Source: Candidatus Chisholmbacteria bacterium RIFCSPHIGHO2_01_FULL_52_32 (lineage in GTDB: Bacteria; Patescibacteriota; Microgenomatia; UBA1400; Chisholmbacteraceae). Taken from it: DNA of 64,000 nucleotides. Below the pieces are notes generated by a model. It did not search any database. It was not told the origin of the DNA and was given only the letters and a program-made list of their open reading frames with translations. The first letter of the stretch is position 1. Every line of letters begins with the position of its first letter. This document shows positions 1 through 8,897 of the stretch, in pieces. The position numbers and the translations under genes were made by a program. The stretch spans positions 11,013-75,012 of the forward strand of contig MHCJ01000003.1 of assembly GCA_001816585.1 (NCBI GenBank), read 5' to 3'.

Positions 1-2
1 AC

Positions 3-332
3 AAGGTACTTGACCCCACGTCGGCGTTCGCTTCGCAGTCCTTTTTCTCGCTTGATCTGGGTATTTATCGAGAGGTCCTGCGTTGGATTCAGGGTGCTTT
101 GGGGTTTGGCGATGAAGTCCTGCAGAGCATCTTGATGAAGTTGACCCGGAATACCCTCGCGGATGTTTTTATCCTCTCAAACGCCAAGATTACGGAGGCG
201 GTCTACATCGAACGGGGGGATGATGCCGATAGTTTCTTTGCGGGCGTTCTCCATGAGGCTTTGGCGGAACTTAAGGAACGAGAGGGACCGGTCCTTAGGA
301 TGATGGAAGAGCGGGCAGGGATGGGAGTGTAG
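3..332 (+). CDS. Hypothetical protein, 5'-truncated by window edge
   Basis: The frame of ORF 99..332 is open back to position 3 and ends 9 nt before radA. Confidence 0.6.
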   Translation, partial: KVLDPTSAFASQSFFSLDLGIYREVLRWIQGALGFGDEVLQSILMKLTRNTLADVFILSNAKITEAVYIERGDDADSFFAGVLHEALAELKEREGPVLRMMEERAGMGV

Positions 333-341
333 GAAGCGCAA

Positions 342-1757
342 ATGGCACGGAACGCTTCTTTTTTTGTCTGTCAACAGTGTGGAACCACTTTTCCAAAATG
401 GTCGGGAAGGTGTAGTCAGTGTGGGGCGTGGAACAGTCTCGTCGAAACGATGGTTTCGACGAGAACGCAAAACGCAAAACGCCACGCCAACGGGCGGGCA
501 GGCAAAACGCAAAACTTGGCAGTCAAACCAATAAGGCTTTCGGAGGTCACAGGGGTTGCCGAAAAAAGGATTCCGACCGGCATTGGGGAACTGGATCGAG
601 TCTTGGGCGGAGGGATTGTTCCCGGGAGTGTGGTCTTGGTTGCGGGGGAACCGGGGATCGGGAAAAGCACACTCTTAACGCAGCTAGCGTTAAGAGTAGC
701 AAATAGCATATGGCATATGGCAAATAGCAAAAGGGGAGAAACGAAACCATCTGCTATACGCCATACGCCATCTGCCGTACTGTATGTCTGTGGGGAGGAG
801 AATCCGGGGCAGATAAAGCTTCGAGTCGGTAGACTCGAGGCAAGTTTAAAATTCAAAGTGCAAAGTGCAAAGTTGTTTTTACTGCCCGAGGTGGATGTGG
901 ATGCGGTGGTTTCTACCATTGAAAAAGAGAAGCCCGGATTGGTGATTGTTGACAGTATCCAGACGATGATGACTGGTGATTTAACATCTTCGGCAGGAAG
1001 CGTGGGGCAAGTGAGCGAATCCACCCGTCGGTTGATTTCGGTTGCCAAGGCCCTTGAGGTTCCGGTGTTCCTCGTTGGCCACGTGACCAAAGAGGGGGCG
1101 ATTGCCGGACCAAAGATTTTGGAACATATGGTTGATGTGGTTTTGGAGCTTTCTGGGGATATGCAGCATGAATTTCGCCTGCTTCGGACGACCAAGAACC
1201 GGTTTGGGACGACGGATGAAGTTGGGGTGTTCGTCATGGAGGAGGTGGGCCTTGAGGAAGTATTGAATCCGTCTGACCGTTTCCTTGAGGATCGACAGGA
1301 CAAAGTCTCGGGGAGCGCGGTGGTTTGCGTCCTTGAAGGGACACGCCCGATGCTGGTTGAGATCCAAGCCCTTGTGGTGCCCAGCCAACTCGCAATCCCG
1401 CGGCGCGTGGCAAGCGGGGTAGATTTACGGCGGGTCCAAATCCTGGTCGCGGTATTGACCAAGCGTTGCGGGCTTCGCTTGGGCGATGCTGACGTTTATG
1501 TGAATGTTGCAGGAGGTCTTACGATCCGGGAACCGGCTTCGGATTTTGGCATCGCCATGGCAATTGCCTCAAGTAATCGGAATCGGGCTCTTCCAACAAA
1601 GACCGCATTTATCGGAGAAGTCGGACTTTTAGGGGAGGTTCGGAAGGTTGGGCGACTGAACCAACGCCTCGCCGAAGCAAAGGCGCAGGGATTTTCTCGG
1701 GTAGTTTCAGCCTCCGAGTACCGTTCTTTAGCTGCGGCGGTTCGCGCACTTCTATAA
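342..1757 (+). CDS. radA: DNA repair protein RadA/Sms
   Basis: C4 zinc finger CQQCG..KWSGRCSQCGAWNS, Walker A GEPGIGKST, KNRFG motif, Lon-like C-terminus; carries three repeat-derived in-frame inserts. Confidence 0.97.
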   Translation: MARNASFFVCQQCGTTFPKWSGRCSQCGAWNSLVETMVSTRTQNAKRHANGRAGKTQNLAVKPIRLSEVTGVAEKRIPTGIGELDRVLGGGIVPGSVVLVAGEPGIGKSTLLTQLALRVANSIWHMANSKRGETKPSAIRHTPSAVLYVCGEENPGQIKLRVGRLEASLKFKVQSAKLFLLPEVDVDAVVSTIEKEKPGLVIVDSIQTMMTGDLTSSAGSVGQVSESTRRLISVAKALEVPVFLVGHVTKEGAIAGPKILEHMVDVVLELSGDMQHEFRLLRTTKNRFGTTDEVGVFVMEEVGLEEVLNPSDRFLEDRQDKVSGSAVVCVLEGTRPMLVEIQALVVPSQLAIPRRVASGVDLRRVQILVAVLTKRCGLRLGDADVYVNVAGGLTIREPASDFGIAMAIASSNRNRALPTKTAFIGEVGLLGEVRKVGRLNQRLAEAKAQGFSRVVSASEYRSLAAAVRALL

Positions 1758-1909
1758 CTGATTCCTCATTTCCCCCAGGTTTTCCACACCTCCATTTGAG
1801 TTTTCCACACTTACCTTTCTTGTTCTTTTTTCCGCGAGTGTGATCAGGTTTTGGTTTGTAATTATTGTTACAGGCCTTTTTGTTTTATCCAAGTTTATTC
1901 CTATAGGAT

Positions 1910-1938
1910 TTGACAGCTGTTGACAAATGTGTTAAGTT
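1910..1938 (+). promoter_or_regulatory. Sigma70-type promoter for small ORF
   Basis: TTGACA-N17-TAAGTT with TG extension; ATG 8 nt downstream. Confidence 0.55.
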
Positions 1939-1946
1939 TGGAATTG

Positions 1947-2105
1947 ATGCGGAAAGTCCAAAGACAGATACGAACATTTTTCCGTGGCTTAAGAAGCAGA
2001 AAAGCCCGAAGAATCAACCGCGAGAAGGGAGCGGTTGCATTTGTGACGCATCAGTTGAAAGACCTTGTCCGTTTGGATCAAAAGCTGATCCTCATGGGGA
2101 AGTGA
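1947..2105 (+). CDS. Small basic hypothetical protein (52 aa, MRKVQRQIRTFF...)
   Basis: ATG directly after a promoter; Arg/Lys-rich ORF. Confidence 0.55.
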   Translation: MRKVQRQIRTFFRGLRSRKARRINREKGAVAFVTHQLKDLVRLDQKLILMGK

Positions 2106-2154
2106 AGCAAGTTGAAAATTTAACGTTAAAAGTTTGAAGTTTTGCGAGATAAAT

Positions 2155-2271
2155 AAGGCTCACTACCGCTTGTCTGATGGAAAAGAGCATTACTACCGCA
2201 GCACGGTGGGCTCGAATAGCAATGCTCTTTCTTAAGAGTCGGCTCGCGTTCGGACAGGTGACGCGAAACCT
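2155..2271 (-). ncRNA. Candidate structured ncRNA (rod-like, about 117 nt)
   Basis: Minus-strand TTGACA-N17-TATGGT promoter (2307-2279) predicts a start near 2271, the first base of a closing stem; apical stem aaagagcattgcta/tagtaatgctcttt. Confidence 0.45.
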
Positions 2272-2278
2272 AAAAGAC

Positions 2279-2307
2279 ACCATAACACGGGCTTGGCACC
2301 TTGTCAA
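2279..2307 (-). promoter_or_regulatory. Sigma70-type promoter with no downstream CDS
   Basis: TTGACA-N17-TATGGT with TG extension. Confidence 0.55.
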
Positions 2308-2339
2308 TCTTTCGCATTTTGTTTGAGTACTATTAGTGG

Positions 2340-2590
2340 ACAACATGGATATTTCAGGTTCGACTACTTGAGTGGTGGGTGATGATCGGGCCCAGCCTAC
2401 GCAACACTGCTTTTCGCAGTCCACCAGCTGGCGGACTCGTGGGCCGGTTGCTTCGGCGGGCAGGCATGCTTGGCACGTTGGCTTATTCGACCAAGTCAGA
2501 CTGGGTTCGATAGGGATTGAATTCGACTGCTTTAGTGGTGGGTGATGTGTAGGGCAGGCGCATCACCCGCCTCTTGAGTAGTTGAGTTCA
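2340..2590 (+). ncRNA. Candidate multibranch structured ncRNA (about 250 nt)
   Basis: Several G-U-containing stems on the + strand (2385-2395/2501-2511; 2519-2550/2558-2589), a UUCG loop and an internal direct repeat; lies upstream of the rho promoter. Confidence 0.45.
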
Positions 2591-2783
2591 AGCTGGCAGA
2601 GGCTCGCTCTTCTTTCGCTTATCGTTTCGTTCTTGACAGATCGCTGGGAACTTGAAACAATGGGGGTTGTCTTAGACCTCTAGGGTTTTTCCTCAATGTG
2701 CATGCGAAAAACGTCTTTACGATTTGATTGAACATTCCGTTTCATGGCTATTTGCTTTTTCCATTGACCTTTCTTGTTTGTCT

Positions 2784-4229
2784 ATGGCAGTTCGCTCAAC
2801 AGCCTCCCGTTCCAAAACTTATTCCAAAATTCAGAAGGTTCCGGAGCTTGCTCCTGAGGATTTCGTCGGTCGAGTAGAGGAGCCTCAGACGGAGGTACCC
2901 GCACCCGCTGAACAAGAGGTGAACAATGTTGTTCCTCCTGAAGATACACCTCCACCCGTTCAACCACCGATTCAGACCCCGGTTGGGCCCCCACAGTTTC
3001 CGGCTTCGCCCCCTCCCCAACCCCAAGCGGGCTTATCCTTTAGCGGAATGGTCGATGATCGAGTTATACCCGATGCCGGTCTTCCGACGGAAAATGTCTC
3101 CGGGATACTAGATAAGAAACAGGAAGGTCATGGGTTACTCCGCCCTCATTTTTCTCCGAGCAACATGGATGTCTATATCTCTTCTTCCCAGATACGTCGG
3201 TTTGCGCTCCGCCCGGGAGACTTGGTGGAAGGCCCGGCGCGACGGCCAAAGGAGAACGAGCGCTATTGGGGACTCCTGAAAGTGGAGATTGTGAACGGTC
3301 ATCCGATCGGAGAGTTGGGGAGGCGACCGCACTTCGACGAACTCACACCCATTTTTCCTGAGGAGCGGTTGGCACTTGAGACCGGGAAAGATCCGCTCTC
3401 GGCCCGTCTGATTGATTTGGTGGCTCCGATAGGAAAAGGTCAGCGGGGCATGATTGTGTCTCCGCCCAAGGCGGGGAAGACAACGATTCTCAAGGATATA
3501 GCCTTGGGGGTAGCGGTCAATTACCCCAAAGTCCACTTAATGGCTGTTTTGATCGGTGAGCGGCCGGAGGAAGTGACGGATATTCGTCGCCACATCGAAA
3601 AGGTAACCAAAGGAACCGGGGAAGTGGCCTCTTCCAATTTCGATGAGCCAGCCGACCAGCAGACGGAGATAGCGGAGATGGCTTTAGAGCGGGCAAAACG
3701 GCTGGTGGAGATGGGAATGGATGTGGTCATCTTGCTCGACTCCATCACCCGTTTGGCACGTGCCTACAACTTAGCCATACCCACATCCGGACGGACTCTT
3801 TCCGGAGGATTCGATCCCGCGGCGTTGTATCCACCTAAGCGATTTTTCGGCGCAGCCAGGAACTTTGAACCTTTCGAGACGTTCGAGGGTAAGGCGTCGG
3901 GGTCCTTGACGATACTGGGGACCGCCCTCATCGATACGGGGAGCCGGATGGACGATTTGATCTATGAAGAGTTTAAAGGAACGGGGAATATGGAACTTCA
4001 CTTGGACCGGCATTTGGCAGAACGGCGGATCTATCCTTCCATTGATGTCCAGCGCTCCGGAACCAGAAAAGAAGAACTGCTGTTTGACTCGACGTCTTAC
4101 CAGAGTGTGGTTGTCATGCGGCGGATGATCGATGTCCTCGGCAAGGATGAGCGGACCGAGCTTCTCTTGGATCGGTTACGGAAGACAAAAAACAACAAGG
4201 AGTTCCTCGCTTCTCTGAAAGAAGGATAA
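2784..4229 (+). CDS. rho: Transcription termination factor Rho with Pro-rich N-terminal extension
   Basis: DVYISSSQIRRFALRPGD, PIGKGQRGMIVSPPKAGKT, IYEEFKGTGNMELHL; ATG 2784 preferred; promoter TTGACA-N17-AACAAT at 2633-2661. Confidence 0.96.
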   Translation: MAVRSTASRSKTYSKIQKVPELAPEDFVGRVEEPQTEVPAPAEQEVNNVVPPEDTPPPVQPPIQTPVGPPQFPASPPPQPQAGLSFSGMVDDRVIPDAGLPTENVSGILDKKQEGHGLLRPHFSPSNMDVYISSSQIRRFALRPGDLVEGPARRPKENERYWGLLKVEIVNGHPIGELGRRPHFDELTPIFPEERLALETGKDPLSARLIDLVAPIGKGQRGMIVSPPKAGKTTILKDIALGVAVNYPKVHLMAVLIGERPEEVTDIRRHIEKVTKGTGEVASSNFDEPADQQTEIAEMALERAKRLVEMGMDVVILLDSITRLARAYNLAIPTSGRTLSGGFDPAALYPPKRFFGAARNFEPFETFEGKASGSLTILGTALIDTGSRMDDLIYEEFKGTGNMELHLDRHLAERRIYPSIDVQRSGTRKEELLFDSTSYQSVVVMRRMIDVLGKDERTELLLDRLRKTKNNKEFLASLKEG

Positions 4230-4352
<123 letters not shown>

Positions 4353-4356
<4 letters not shown>

Positions 4357-5690
4357 GCCTTCTGTGTTTTATACTTGTGTGCGTTTGATTGGAGAGTATT
4401 CGTTATCCAGGTTGTCGCCTGCTTCAGTCCTACGGAAGTTACCAGAATAAGGATGAGCAGGGTTGGAATGAGGTACCGTTCAAAACCTGGGAGCTTCACG
4501 CGGGCGTAGGCGATGTTGACGACAATCCAGAAGATGGAGAGGGAGAGCAGAGAATGGCTCTGTGGATCGTTTTTTGCTCTCCTTAAGAGGCTATACCATC
4601 CGAACAGGAGCAACAGTGTGAGGAGGCTTTGAACGATGCGATATTTTGAGATCGAGATAAATACTGTCAGGATGTAGAGCGGCATCTCGAGAAAGCTAAA
4701 CTGTCCGAACGCCCGATAGAAAAGTTCCTGCTGGAGGATTCGAGAGCCAAAGAGGGCTCCCGTGCCTCGGATGGGATCCGCCCAGATCTCCGGTTCCAAA
4801 AAGAAGAACGTGGCAAGGAAAGAAAGGGTATACCCCGCGCAGAAGAATAGGAATCTTTTCCATTGTTGTTTGGAAATTGTGCTTGGGTGGGTGAGACAAA
4901 GCAGGGAAAAGTATAACCAGGGGAAGAAGAGGAGGAAGACTCCGGGGAGTTTGATGCTCGTAGTACACGCAATGAGCATTCCCAGGACGAATGAGGAGAG
5001 AAAAATACGGCTGTTTGAAAGTCGGGGAAGCTGATGAAGTGTTGCGACAAGTGCAGTTCCACTGATGAGGAGGAAGAGGACAAAAAAGGCGTCGGCTGTG
5101 GCAATCCCAAAAGTATTCCTTATGAGCGGATGCCATGCGCTAAAGACAGCGATAGAAAAGCCGATTTTCCAGTCTCGGGTTATATTGGTAGCGATCCATG
5201 CGAGAAACAGGATGGCCAGCAAACCCGCCGCTACGGAGGCGTATCGGATGAGAAGGATCGCATCGGTCACCTCAGAACCGAGTATGATTGCGGCCTCCTC
5301 CAGCGTTTTCCCTGTCGGGAGTACGTCAGTGTGAACGATGGCGTAGAGCCGGGTGCTTGTTTCCTCATCGACCATTTTTCTCCCGGTGCTTTGCAAAAGG
5401 AAACCGATGAGGTATTTCCCGAATTGCGGCTGGTCGAGGAGGCGGCGCTTCTGTGTTTCCCACCGAAGATATTTGAAGTCTTTTGGCAGCGAAAACCGTT
5501 CCCAATTGTTGTTTCGGCGATGCGTATAGAATTGGGCATCCAAGATCCAGGGAACCTCGTCAATGGAGAGGGTTATTTTCGGGACTAGGGAAATCCACAA
5601 GCCGTAGATCCAATAAACCCCAAGCATAACCAAGGGAATTTGCCACAGAAGAGAGCGCCAATACCTCCTTTTTCGCATCGGCTTAATCAT
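4353..5690 (-). CDS. Polytopic membrane glycosyltransferase-like protein (ArnT/PMT-like, GT-C fold)
   Basis: DE motif after first TM, DQPQFGKYLIG, IKL and ERY motifs, many TM segments. Confidence 0.7.
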
Positions 5691-5748
5691 TGCACATGTA
5701 TATCTGCTGTGCTAGGATGCTTGCTTGTCCCTCAATTATGGGGGAAGT

Positions 5749-6852
5749 ATGCAGAGATTGGTCCGTTTCTTCCTTGAACTCCGGGAGTTTTCCCTAGCTT
5801 TATTTTCCTTTGCCTCACACCGGCTGGGAGGCGCGTTTTGGCGGTTTGAGCGCGGGAAGGGATTTTTTGTTTCCGCGCTTTACCGAAGACGGGGGCGATA
5901 CGCTCAGCCGTTTATCCATTCGGCAATGGCTGGTTTGGTGTTTGTTGCGGTCACGTTCGGGCCGCTTTTTATTGCCCAAACCTTTCCCGGCCAGGCCTCG
6001 TCGTTTGAGGAAGCATTACCCTCCGCGATCATCTTGGGGACTACTGCTGATTATGACCCTCCGGTTACCACCCTCATTTCCGAAAAGCCAAGATCAGAAG
6101 TGATTGAATACCAGGTTCAGACAGGGGATACGGTCAGTTCGATTGCCACAAAGTTCGGGGTTTCCATTGATACGGTGCTTTGGGCGAACGGAATGACGGA
6201 AACGCAACGGATACAACCGGGACAGACTCTCAAGATCCCTCCGGTTACCGGTGTTGTTCATTCGGTGCGGAAAGGCGATACGATTTATTCGATTGCCAAG
6301 AAGTATGAGGCGGAGGCACAGGCCCTGGTTGACTTTCCTTTTAATACATTTACGAATGATGAGACGTTTGCTTTGGCTGTGGGACAGATTGTCATTGTTC
6401 CAGACGGCGTGTTACCGGAGGTGAAGCCGGTGTCACCGGAGTCGATGATTGCGAAGGTGTTGACGCCGAGCGCGGGTGCGGTTTCGGCAACCGGGAATTT
6501 CGTTTGGCCGGCGGCGGGGCGGATTACGCAGCGATACGTGTGGTACCACCGCGGCATCGACATCGCAAACAAGGATGGGGGGCCGATTTTGGCGGCTGAC
6601 AGCGGAACGGTGGTCGTTGCCGGATGGCCGGACGGTCAAGGGTATGCAAACCGGGTGATCATCGATCACGGAAACGGACTCACGACGCTGTATGCGCATA
6701 TGTCGCGGGTACGCGTGGTTGCGGGACAGACGGTCAGTCGCGGAGATGTGATCGGAGATATGGGATGTACCGGCCGCTGTACCGGGACTCACCTTCACTT
6801 TGAGATCCGGGGCGGGGGCGGTTTTATGAACCCATCGGAGTATTTGAAGTGA
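5749..6852 (+). CDS. LysM-domain M23 peptidase
   Basis: Two LysM repeats (YQVQTGDTVSSIA, HSVRKGDTIYSIA); HRGID, YAH and HLHFE motifs. Confidence 0.93.
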   Translation: MQRLVRFFLELREFSLALFSFASHRLGGAFWRFERGKGFFVSALYRRRGRYAQPFIHSAMAGLVFVAVTFGPLFIAQTFPGQASSFEEALPSAIILGTTADYDPPVTTLISEKPRSEVIEYQVQTGDTVSSIATKFGVSIDTVLWANGMTETQRIQPGQTLKIPPVTGVVHSVRKGDTIYSIAKKYEAEAQALVDFPFNTFTNDETFALAVGQIVIVPDGVLPEVKPVSPESMIAKVLTPSAGAVSATGNFVWPAAGRITQRYVWYHRGIDIANKDGGPILAADSGTVVVAGWPDGQGYANRVIIDHGNGLTTLYAHMSRVRVVAGQTVSRGDVIGDMGCTGRCTGTHLHFEIRGGGGFMNPSEYLK

Positions 6853-6920
6853 GAAATTAGCTTCTTCGCTTCTTGGCTGCGAAAATCTTGAGGGTTTAAC
6901 GAGAGAGTGCTGTCGGGGTT

Positions 6921-7157
6921 TTAGTTTCTGCAGGTAAAGATGCGGCAGCCATTTTCATCGCGGTCGATGGTCCACTCTGTCGAGCAAATTTTTCCGCGCG
7001 GGATGATTGGGGCTTCACAGTTCTTCGGGAAGTAGGCGCGCCCAAGGATGTTGGTTTGTTGGGTTAGTGCCCAGATGAGGAGAGGAATGGTTGCCAGCAT
7101 GAGAATGATGAGGAGGATGGCGAGTTTATGGTGGGAGAGAAGAATGGTTTTTGCCAC
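6921..7157 (-). CDS. Small membrane-anchored protein with 4 Cys
   Basis: N-terminal TM helix; GTG start just after TTGACT-N17-TACCCT. Confidence 0.6.
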   Translation of the reverse strand: MAKTILLSHHKLAILLIILMLATIPLLIWALTQQTNILGRAYFPKNCEAPIIPRGKICSTEWTIDRDENGCRIFTCRN

Positions 7158-7197
7158 TGAACTCAAGGGTAGGGAATTAGGGAAGGGAAGTCAAGAG

Positions 7198-7279
7198 AAA
7201 TAGCGTTTAGCGATAAGCGTCTAGCGTCTAGTTCCTCAACCCTCAACCCCCAACCCTCAACCCTCGACCCTCGACCCTA
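7198..7279. repeat. Heptamer repeats (TAGCGTY, CCCTCRA)
   Basis: Directly visible tandem units. Confidence 0.85.
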
Positions 7280-7453
7280 TTCCTTGTCTTTTCTGTACTT
7301 TGCAAACTGGCGCTCACGAGCCTGAAACTTGGCGCGGCAGATGAGGCAGAAACTCGGGGGTTTAAGACCCTTTTGGCGGTAAAAGTCCTGTTCGCCATCG
7401 GTCCAGATGAATTCGTTACCGCAGTTTTGGCAGATAAGGGTGAGGTCGGACAT
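7277..7453 (-). CDS. Zinc-ribbon protein (58 aa, not in ORF track)
   Basis: MSDLTLICQNCGNEFIWTDGEQDFYRQKGLKPPSFCLICRAK...; CxxC-x-EQxFY-x-CxxCR pattern of the probable zinc-ribbon family. Confidence 0.9.
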   Translation of the reverse strand: MSDLTLICQNCGNEFIWTDGEQDFYRQKGLKPPSFCLICRAKFQARERQFAKYRKDKE

Positions 7454-7533
7454 GGGTTAGGCAATAGGCACTAGGGTATAGGGTTTAGGGAAAAAGCAGT
7501 AATGGCTGATAGCGAATAGCCAGTAGCCAATTG

Positions 7534-7606
7534 TGGACCGTAGCGGGATCGAACCGCTGACCTTTTGCATGCCATGCAAACGCTCTACCAGCTGAGCTAA
7601 CGGCCC
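7534..7606 (-). tRNA. tRNA-Ala(GGC)
   Basis: Cloverleaf, anticodon GGC, G3-U70, TTCGATCC; CCA not encoded. Confidence 0.96.
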
Positions 7607-7682
7607 TGGTGGACCTAGCCGGACTCGAACCGGCCACCTCACCCATGCGAAGGGTGCGCTCTACCAGATGAGCTATAGGCCC
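7607..7682 (-). tRNA. tRNA-Ala(CGC)
   Basis: Cloverleaf, anticodon CGC, G3-U70, encoded CCA. Confidence 0.96.
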
Positions 7683-7765
7683 TCAGGCAGATATTTTAAC
7701 ATAGTAACTCTGTCTCTGTCCTTATTCATCTCGTAAAGGAGGAGATGGTTGGGGGAAAGAAGGTA

Positions 7766-8770
7766 TTAACGAAAATCTCTGAGTGCTGCCTCGACCTGGG
7801 GACTTCTATGGAAACTGACAAGCTCGATCGACGAGGATTGGGTTGGAATTTTTAGGATATCAAATAGGCTGATTTGATTGAGGATAGCGTTGCGTGTCTG
7901 TTCTTGAAGATCGAGCGGAGCTTGTACCTCTGCAAGTACGGAATCTGCGGTTTCCAGTGTGTATTTAGCAAAGTCGCGGATCTTTTGTTGTCTTTCACTC
8001 CGGTCTCGTAAGAGCGTTTCTGCCATGAACATATGGGCGTTTCCCATGACAATCGCTCCACTTGTTTGCCTGGGTTTTTGCAGGAGGTCGATTGCGTCCT
8101 GGGTTTTGGCGATTAACAGGGCGGTGCGGCCATCCACCCACCACAATGTTTTGGTCAAGATCGGTTTGGTGAGACGGGCAACACGCAGAAGAACGTCCCG
8201 TTGAGTTTCGCTTGGGGTAAAGGGAGCTGCGATCATTGAGGCTACCTGGCCAGCTCGACTGCCAAAGATAGCAAACGCAGCCGAGTATGCTAATGTCTTC
8301 TTGAGGAAGTCTCTGCGCGTGATTACAGGACGATTGGAGACCCCTAGTATTACACTTGAGAGTACAGATGCAGCGAATATTTCTGTTACTACACCTCCCC
8401 TCGCTTCCTTATCCAGTTGATTTGTGTCGGATAAGGCCTGTGCAACCTGTTCTTCGAGTGACCAGTTACTTTGCGTATAATCGAAGACGTCTCCCCTGAC
8501 AAGATAGATATACTCACTTTTTGTATTAATCTCATCAGGCCTGCCTGGAAAGCCTTCCGAGAGAGAAAGGGAGAATTGAAGATCGGAACCACCTTGCATG
8601 CCATCGATCGAGAGGAATTCTGGATTGTACTGCGAAAGTCTCCTGGCCATTTGTCTGTTCCAATCCGGACGGGGCGTATCCACCCTTTCATGCAATCCGG
8701 GTTCAAAGCGGAGATTGGGGTACTCTGAATTTTCCCTTTCATTCGCATGGTTCGGGCTTGATTCGATCAT
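7766..8770 (-). CDS. Hypothetical protein with internal TM and twin-arginine-like motif
   Basis: 334-aa ORF with its own promoter-like sequence; ITRRDFLKK. Confidence 0.75.
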   Translation of the reverse strand: MIESSPNHANERENSEYPNLRFEPGLHERVDTPRPDWNRQMARRLSQYNPEFLSIDGMQGGSDLQFSLSLSEGFPGRPDEINTKSEYIYLVRGDVFDYTQSNWSLEEQVAQALSDTNQLDKEARGGVVTEIFAASVLSSVILGVSNRPVITRRDFLKKTLAYSAAFAIFGSRAGQVASMIAAPFTPSETQRDVLLRVARLTKPILTKTLWWVDGRTALLIAKTQDAIDLLQKPRQTSGAIVMGNAHMFMAETLLRDRSERQQKIRDFAKYTLETADSVLAEVQAPLDLQEQTRNAILNQISLFDILKIPTQSSSIELVSFHRSPQVEAALRDFR

Positions 8771-8845
8771 GGGGCGGTATGGTACCAGTTTTGCGACCTT
8801 GCTGCAAGGCGTGTAGAATATTTAGGAGTAAGGAGTCATTCGGAT

Positions 8846-8884
8846 CCTTCGACTACGCTCAGACAAGTTCGCTCAGAATAAATA
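8846..8884. repeat. Small CTTCGACTACGCTCAG-type interspersed repeat in leuS leader
   Basis: ccttcgactacgctcagacaagttcgctcagaataa, flanked by AAGGAGT heptamers; family assignment is from recollection. Confidence 0.5.
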
Positions 8885-8897
8885 AGGAGTAGGGAGA

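Noticed and set aside
416-1462. Long antisense ORFs (also 59911-60819, 32349-33182, 18956-19597)
   Set aside because: Shadow frames of well-supported genes, with no recognisable motifs
1780-1895. Two TTTTCCACA DnaA-box-like motifs in an AT-rich gap (possible oriC)
   Set aside because: Only two relaxed matches, no dnaA or dnaN nearby, and GC skew cannot be assessed in this window
2357-2425. GGTTCGA and TCCACCA suggesting a tRNA or tmRNA end
   Set aside because: Spacing and stems do not form a T-arm and acceptor stem; no tag reading frame recognised
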